64,000 bases of DNA from positions 1,824,001 through 1,888,000 of the forward strand of contig CBDFJG010000004.1 of assembly GCA_965248445.1 (NCBI GenBank), read 5' to 3'. The notes under the pieces were generated by a model. The model was not told where the DNA came from. It saw only the letters and a list, made by a program, of their open reading frames with translations, and did not search any database. The position numbers were made by a program, and so were the translations under genes. Of this stretch, positions 58,668 through 64,000 are shown in pieces. Origin of the DNA: Planctomycetota bacterium (GTDB lineage Bacteria > Planctomycetota > JAJSAM01 > JAJVHW01). The stretch's first letter is position 1, and each line of letters starts with the position of its first letter.

Positions 58668-61600
58668 ATGCTGGGGGAGCAGCTGGGACCGTACGTCGTC
58701 GAGGAGAAGCTCGGCGCGGGCGGCATGGGAACCGTGTACCGCGCGATGGGTCCGGCCGGGCCGGTTGCGCTGAAGGTCCTGCACCCGCACTTGCTCGAGA
58801 TTCCCGACGCCGCCGCGCGCATGCAGCGTGAGATCGAGATCGGCAAGACGGTGTGGCACGACAACGTCGTGCGGACCTACGAGGGCGGCGAGGCGAACGG
58901 CCACGCCTACATCGCGATGGAGCTGGTCGAGGGCCAGACGCTGTTGCAGTTACTGAGCGAGCTCGAGCGCGTCCCCGAGGAGCTGTGCCGTCACATCGGA
59001 CGCGAGGTCTGCAAGGGCCTAGACGCCATCCACGCGGTCGGCGCGATCCACCGGGACGTCAAGCCGGAGAACGTGCTGATCACAGCGGATCACGTGGTCA
59101 AGCTGATGGACCTCGGCGTCGCGCGGCAGATGGACGACAAGCTGCGGCTCAGCCAGAGCGGTGTGTTCGTCGGCTCTCTTCGCTACGCAAGTCCCGAGCA
59201 GCTGCAGAGCGGCGGGAAGGGCTTGGACGCGCGCAGCGATCTGCACGCGCTCGGCTTCGTGCTCTACGAGCTCTCGTGCGGAGCGCCGCCGTTCGACGGC
59301 GACGATGCGTCGGAGGTCATCCGAAGCGTCTGCAGCGACGAGCCTCGCCGGCTCGGGGACATCAATCCGCAACTCTCGCCGTTCTTCGAGGAGGTCGTGC
59401 ATACGCTTCTCCGCAAGAACCGCGACGAGCGCTTCCGAACGGCGGCCGAACTGCGGGTCGTGCTGGAGGATGGCGAGGACAGCGCGTGGTGGCACGAGCG
59501 CGCGCGCGCTTTGCGTGTCGAGACGCGCCGCCCGCTGCGCCGCATCCGTATCCCGCGCGAGACCGCCGTGTACGGTCGCGACGGCGAACTGGCCCTGTTG
59601 AGCGGTCTCTTCGACCAGGCGAACAAGGGTGACGGCCAGGTCGTTCTGCTCCAGGGCGAAGCGGGCGTCGGCAAGTCCCGCCTCGTGGACGAGCTGATCC
59701 GGCGGCTGCAGGAGGAGGGCGAGGAGATCGACTTCCTGTTCGGGAGCTACCCTCCCGGCGGCGCCGCCACGGTCGCGGGGGCGTTCAGCACGGCGTACCG
59801 CGAGCACTTCGGCGAGCAGGGCAGCGCAGCGTACTTGCCCGAGAACCAGGCACTCGTGCCCGCGTTCGATGCGCTGCTGCGCGGCGACCCGGCGCCGTCG
59901 GGGGCCGCACCCCTGAACAAGGGCTCCCTGCAGACGTGCTTCGTGCGCGCCACTCAGGGACTCGCAGCAGAACGCGTCGCGGTCATCTTGATCGACGACC
60001 TGCACTTCGCGCCCGGCGAGGGACGCGCGTTGTTCACGTCGCTCGCCCTCAGCGTGACGGGTCATCGAGTCCTGCTGATCGGCACGATGCGGGACGGCGT
60101 CGACGAGGACTGGGTTGCCGGTGTGACACGGCTCGACCACGCGGCGCACCTGCAGATAGCGCGTCTCGGGGCCAAGGACCTCGTGCAGATGCTCGAAGAC
60201 TCGCTGCGCTCACGCAAGCTGGCGGAGGAACTGGGCGTGCGCATCGCCGTGAAGTCCGACGGCAATCCATTCTTCGTGTTCGAGATCATCCGATGCCTAC
60301 GCGATGGCGGGTTGCTGCGGCAGTCCGCTGACGGCAGCTGGGTGACGACGCAGGTGATCGACGAGATCGAGATCCCATCGTCGGTGCTCGACCTGGTCAA
60401 TGCACGCGTCGCGTCTCTGTCCGAGGACGAGCGCAACCTGCTCGACGTGGCCGCTTGCTGGGGCTACTCGTTCGATCCCCTGATGGTCGGTGAGGTGCTC
60501 GGCATCGCACGCATTCCGCTGTTGCGCCAGCTCGCGCAGATCGAGCGCAAGCACCGGCTCGTGCGCGCGGCCGGCGTCAAGTACGTGTTCGATCACCACC
60601 AGGTCCAGGAGGCGCTGTACGGGTCGCTCTCCGAACTCCTGCGGCGCGAGTACCACGGCGCTCTGGCCGATGCCTGCGCCGCGCGCGCCACGGCGGGTGG
60701 CGTGGCTCTGTCGGAGGTCACCGGCCCCGCCGCCGTCGACATCGCCGATCACTACCTGCTGAGCGCGCGTCCACAGCAGGCGCTGGTCCATGTCGATGCC
60801 GCCGTCGCGCACCTGTGGGAGGGCTTCGTGCAGGAGCGCATCGTCGTCCTCCTGACACGCGTCCTCGACGCGCCAGGGCTTGTCACCGGCGTGCACCGAG
60901 CCCGCCTCCTGTCAACCGTGTCCAAGCCTCTCGCGTATCTGTCACGATGGGACGACCAGCTGCGCGTGCTCGACGAAGCGCTCGAACTCGCAACGACCGC
61001 GGACGACAAGCACTTGCAGTCGACGGTCCTTCTCCTACTCAGCGGCCGCCTGATCCGGGTCGGGCGATACGAAGACGCACACGACGTGCTGGTCCGCGTC
61101 CTGGCGCTCGCGCGGGAGACGGGCGACCGGACCGTCGAGGCCGCCTGCAACGGCAACCTGGCCACCGTGCTCGGCATCCGCGGCGAAGTGGACGAGGCGC
61201 TCGAGAAGTCGAAGCGCGTTCTCGCCATCGAGCACGAAGTGGGCAATCGCGTGGGCATCCGCATCTCGACCGTGAACCTGGGGAACACGTACTTCCGTGC
61301 GGGGCGCTTTGCGGAGGCGCGCGAGCAGTTCCTCCTGCACCAGGAGATCTGTCGTCGGGACGGTGACCGGGCGGCGGGCGCCCGTAGCCTCGGCAACCTG
61401 GGCGGCGTGTGCATCTCCGAAGGACGGATCGCAGAGGCGGAGACGCACTACCGGCGGCAGCTCGAGATCTCAGGGGAACTCGGTGACCGGTTGAGTCAGG
61501 CCTATGCGTACAGCAACCTCGGCCACGTGAGCTCGGAGCTCGGGCGCTACGACCAGGCGCGCGAGGAGTACAAGAGCAGCCTCGAGATCAGCCACGAGAT

Positions 61601-62141
61601 CGGCCACCGGCGTGGCGAGGCGACCGCGCACCACAATCTCGGGAGCGTTGCGACCTCGCTACGGGAATTGGAGACCGCGGGGGTGCACCTGCGCGCGTCT
61701 CTTGCGATCGCAGAGGACATCGGACTTCCGAACGTCGAGAGTCTCTGCCACCTGGATCTGAGCTACCTGTTCCAGCTGCGTGAAGACGAGCCAAACGAGC
61801 GACGGCACCTGGACGAGGCGGACCGGATCGCCACCGCGACCAACCAGCTGACCGAACTGGTCCTCGCCCGTTGTCGCCTGGCACTCCTGCCCGGCGGTGA
61901 CGTCGGTCGTGCGATCGCGGCGCTGGGCGAGTACGAAGCGCGCATCCGCGCTCCGTCGCGCTGCAAGGCGCGCTACCTGTTGTGGCGCGCGACTGACGAT
62001 CTCGTGCACCTGACCGAGGCTCGCCGACTCGTGGACGAAGCGGTGGCGGGGATGCCCGACGAGGCGCGTCAACAGACTCTCACGCACAACGAGACGTACT
62101 CCGCCGTCCTCTCCGCCTGCGAGGAAGAGGGCATCGCGTGA
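58668..62141 (+). CDS. Ser/Thr kinase - STAND NTPase - TPR protein, paralog 2
   Basis: GAGGMGTVY, HRDVKPEN, DLG, SPE; GEAGVGKS, LIDDLH, SDGNPFF; about 8 repeats of 40 aa. Confidence 0.92.
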   Translation: MLGEQLGPYVVEEKLGAGGMGTVYRAMGPAGPVALKVLHPHLLEIPDAAARMQREIEIGKTVWHDNVVRTYEGGEANGHAYIAMELVEGQTLLQLLSELERVPEELCRHIGREVCKGLDAIHAVGAIHRDVKPENVLITADHVVKLMDLGVARQMDDKLRLSQSGVFVGSLRYASPEQLQSGGKGLDARSDLHALGFVLYELSCGAPPFDGDDASEVIRSVCSDEPRRLGDINPQLSPFFEEVVHTLLRKNRDERFRTAAELRVVLEDGEDSAWWHERARALRVETRRPLRRIRIPRETAVYGRDGELALLSGLFDQANKGDGQVVLLQGEAGVGKSRLVDELIRRLQEEGEEIDFLFGSYPPGGAATVAGAFSTAYREHFGEQGSAAYLPENQALVPAFDALLRGDPAPSGAAPLNKGSLQTCFVRATQGLAAERVAVILIDDLHFAPGEGRALFTSLALSVTGHRVLLIGTMRDGVDEDWVAGVTRLDHAAHLQIARLGAKDLVQMLEDSLRSRKLAEELGVRIAVKSDGNPFFVFEIIRCLRDGGLLRQSADGSWVTTQVIDEIEIPSSVLDLVNARVASLSEDERNLLDVAACWGYSFDPLMVGEVLGIARIPLLRQLAQIERKHRLVRAAGVKYVFDHHQVQEALYGSLSELLRREYHGALADACAARATAGGVALSEVTGPAAVDIADHYLLSARPQQALVHVDAAVAHLWEGFVQERIVVLLTRVLDAPGLVTGVHRARLLSTVSKPLAYLSRWDDQLRVLDEALELATTADDKHLQSTVLLLLSGRLIRVGRYEDAHDVLVRVLALARETGDRTVEAACNGNLATVLGIRGEVDEALEKSKRVLAIEHEVGNRVGIRISTVNLGNTYFRAGRFAEAREQFLLHQEICRRDGDRAAGARSLGNLGGVCISEGRIAEAETHYRRQLEISGELGDRLSQAYAYSNLGHVSSELGRYDQAREEYKSSLEISHEIGHRRGEATAHHNLGSVATSLRELETAGVHLRASLAIAEDIGLPNVESLCHLDLSYLFQLREDEPNERRHLDEADRIATATNQLTELVLARCRLALLPGGDVGRAIAALGEYEARIRAPSRCKARYLLWRATDDLVHLTEARRLVDEAVAGMPDEARQQTLTHNETYSAVLSACEEEGIA

Positions 62142-64000
62142 ACTCCGGCGAGGCGCTCGGCCCGTATCAGCTCTTCCAGGAGCTCGGTTCCGGCGGGATG
62201 GGGACCGTTTACCGCGCGGAGGGTCCCGAGGGCGTCGTGGCTGTCAAGATCGTGCGCCCGCAACTGTTCGAAACCGACGACGCGCTGGAGCGCTTTCACC
62301 GCGAGGTTGCGATCGGTCGCACAGTCGACCACCCGAACGTGGTGCGGACCTACGGCGGCGGGGAAGCGGATGGCCGCCACTACCTCGCGATGGAGCTCGT
62401 CGAGGGGCAGACGCTCGACGCTCTGCTCAAGGAACTCGAACGCGTCCCCGAAGAACTCTGCCGTCACATCGCGCACGAGGTGACGCAAGGCCTTGCTGCG
62501 ATTCACGCAGCCGGTGCGATCCACCGCGACATCAAGCCCGAGAACGTCCTCATCACGCCCGGCCACATCGTCAAGATCATGGATCTGGGCGTCGCGCGTT
62601 CGATGAACGACGCCATGGCGCTCTCGCGCACAGGGATGTTCGTGGGATCGCTCTGCTACTCGAGTCCCGAACAGTTGAAAGGCGGAGGCAAGGCAATCGA
62701 CGGGCGCGTGGATCTGCACGCGCTCGGTCTGGTGCTCTACGAGCTCTCGACCGGCGTCAATCCCTACGTCGCGGACGAATTCGGGCAGGTCGTGCGCAAG
62801 GTGTTGCACGACGAGCCGCGCCGCCTCGGCGACGTCAATCCGCAGGTCTCCCCGTTCTTCGAGGAGGTGGTGCACAACCTCCTCGCCAAGGACCGCGACG
62901 AGCGTTTCGCGAGCGCCGGAGATCTGCTCCTCGCCCTCGAGGAGGGCGAGGACTCCGCATGGTGGCACGCGCGGGCGGTCGCACTCCGCATCGCCACCAA
63001 GCGCCCGCTCCGCCGCGTCCGCATCCCGCGGGAGACGGCGGTCTTCGGCCGCGACGCGGAGCTCGCGCAACTCCGCGCGCTCTACGAGATAGCACGCGCG
63101 GGCGAGGGCCAGGTCGTGCTCGTCGAAGGCGAGGCGGGCATCGGTAAGTCCCGCATCGTGGACGAGTTCGTGGCGGGACTCCACCGCGACGACGAGGAGT
63201 TCCAGTTCCTGTTCGGTTCCTATCCGCCCGGCGCAGCGGGTACGGCCGTCGGTGCGTTCTCGACTGCTTACCGCGAACACTACGGCGACGAGCACCTCGA
63301 AGACGCGCTGGCCGCGCACCTTTCGGCCACACCGCGGCTGGTGCCGTCGTTTGCCGCGGTCCTGCGCGGCGACTCGCCGCCCGAGGGCGCCCAGCCACTC
63401 ACGCCCGAGTCGCTGCCCGCAGTCTTCGTGCACGCAACCAGGGCTCTCTCAAAGGAGCGCACGACGATCGTGCTGATCGACGACTTGCACTTCGCGCCGG
63501 AGGAGGGCCGCGCGCTATTCTTGGCCTTGGCGCTCGCCGCGCCGACGCAGCGCACGCTGCTCATCGGCACCGCGCGACGCGGGCTCTCCGAGAACTGGGT
63601 GGGCGGTCTCCTGCGCCATGGTTACACGTCGCGTATGGAACTTGGCCGCCTCGGTGCGAAGGATCTGGCGCGTCTGCTCAAGGACTCACTGCGGTCCGAG
63701 CGGCTCGCGGGCAAGCTCGCCCTTCTGGTCGCGGAGAAGTCGGACGGCAATCCGTTCTTCGTGTTCGAGATCATCCGTGGCCTTCGCGAGGGGCAGTTCC
63801 TCGCGCAGAGCGTGGACGGATCGTGGATCGCGACGCAGGACATCGAGCGCATCGACATCCCGTCTTCAGTGCTCGGACTCGTGCAGGCGCGTGTGGCGAA
63901 TCTCGACGAGGGGGAGCGTGACCTGCTCGACGTTGCGGCGTGCTGCGGGTTCGACTTCGACCCGACTCTCGTAGGCGAGGTGGTGGGACTCGCTCGCATC
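62138..64000 (+). CDS. Ser/Thr kinase - STAND NTPase protein, paralog 3; runs off the window and is absent from the ORF track
   Basis: GTG at 62138 overlaps the paralog 2 stop; reads VNSGEALGPYQLFQELGSGGMGTVY, HRDIKPEN, DLG, GEAGIGKS, LIDDLH and SDGNPFF. Confidence 0.9.
   Translation, partial: MNSGEALGPYQLFQELGSGGMGTVYRAEGPEGVVAVKIVRPQLFETDDALERFHREVAIGRTVDHPNVVRTYGGGEADGRHYLAMELVEGQTLDALLKELERVPEELCRHIAHEVTQGLAAIHAAGAIHRDIKPENVLITPGHIVKIMDLGVARSMNDAMALSRTGMFVGSLCYSSPEQLKGGGKAIDGRVDLHALGLVLYELSTGVNPYVADEFGQVVRKVLHDEPRRLGDVNPQVSPFFEEVVHNLLAKDRDERFASAGDLLLALEEGEDSAWWHARAVALRIATKRPLRRVRIPRETAVFGRDAELAQLRALYEIARAGEGQVVLVEGEAGIGKSRIVDEFVAGLHRDDEEFQFLFGSYPPGAAGTAVGAFSTAYREHYGDEHLEDALAAHLSATPRLVPSFAAVLRGDSPPEGAQPLTPESLPAVFVHATRALSKERTTIVLIDDLHFAPEEGRALFLALALAAPTQRTLLIGTARRGLSENWVGGLLRHGYTSRMELGRLGAKDLARLLKDSLRSERLAGKLALLVAEKSDGNPFFVFEIIRGLREGQFLAQSVDGSWIATQDIERIDIPSSVLGLVQARVANLDEGERDLLDVAACCGFDFDPTLVGEVVGLARI

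Noticed and set aside
54918..64000. Diversity-generating retroelement acting on the TPR repeats
   Set aside because: No reverse transcriptase and no near-identical template/variable repeat pair with adenine-specific differences were seen.

Overview
GC-rich diderm bacterial DNA. FadL, an OprO/P porin and PilT ATPases indicate an outer membrane. DUF1800/DUF1501 genes and expanded Ser/Thr kinases suggest a Planctomycetota-like lineage (inference only). Bases 1-26.6 kb are mostly intact housekeeping genes: gdhA, an inositol-monophosphatase-family gene, two PilT-family ATPases, and a Bacillus-type fatty-acid degradation cluster (fadD-NUDIX-fadR-fadN-fadA-fadE, then a glycosyltransferase, sulfotransferase, SDR and fadL) with a readable sigma70 promoter and FadR operator. 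This part also holds a DPP-IV peptidase and a three-gene operon pairing an Lgt-like protein with a tetraether-synthase (Tes/MJ0619)-like radical SAM enzyme. Bases 26.6-54.8 kb are IS-riddled: two IS1380 copies (CTAG targets at stop codons), two single-ORF IS66 copies (8-bp TSDs), two full and one partial IS3-like element with no TSD and broken flanking genes, an IS66 remnant, several pseudogenes and a cluster of 7-10 bp tandem micro-duplications. Intact nadB-hflX and a DUF1800-DUF1501 pair, preceded by an apparently truncated GSDH gene, sit among them. Bases 54.9-64 kb hold three paralogous Ser/Thr kinase-STAND NTPase-TPR (NLR-like) genes; the third runs off the window. No tRNA, rRNA or CRISPR array was seen. 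Family calls come from motif recognition, not database searches.
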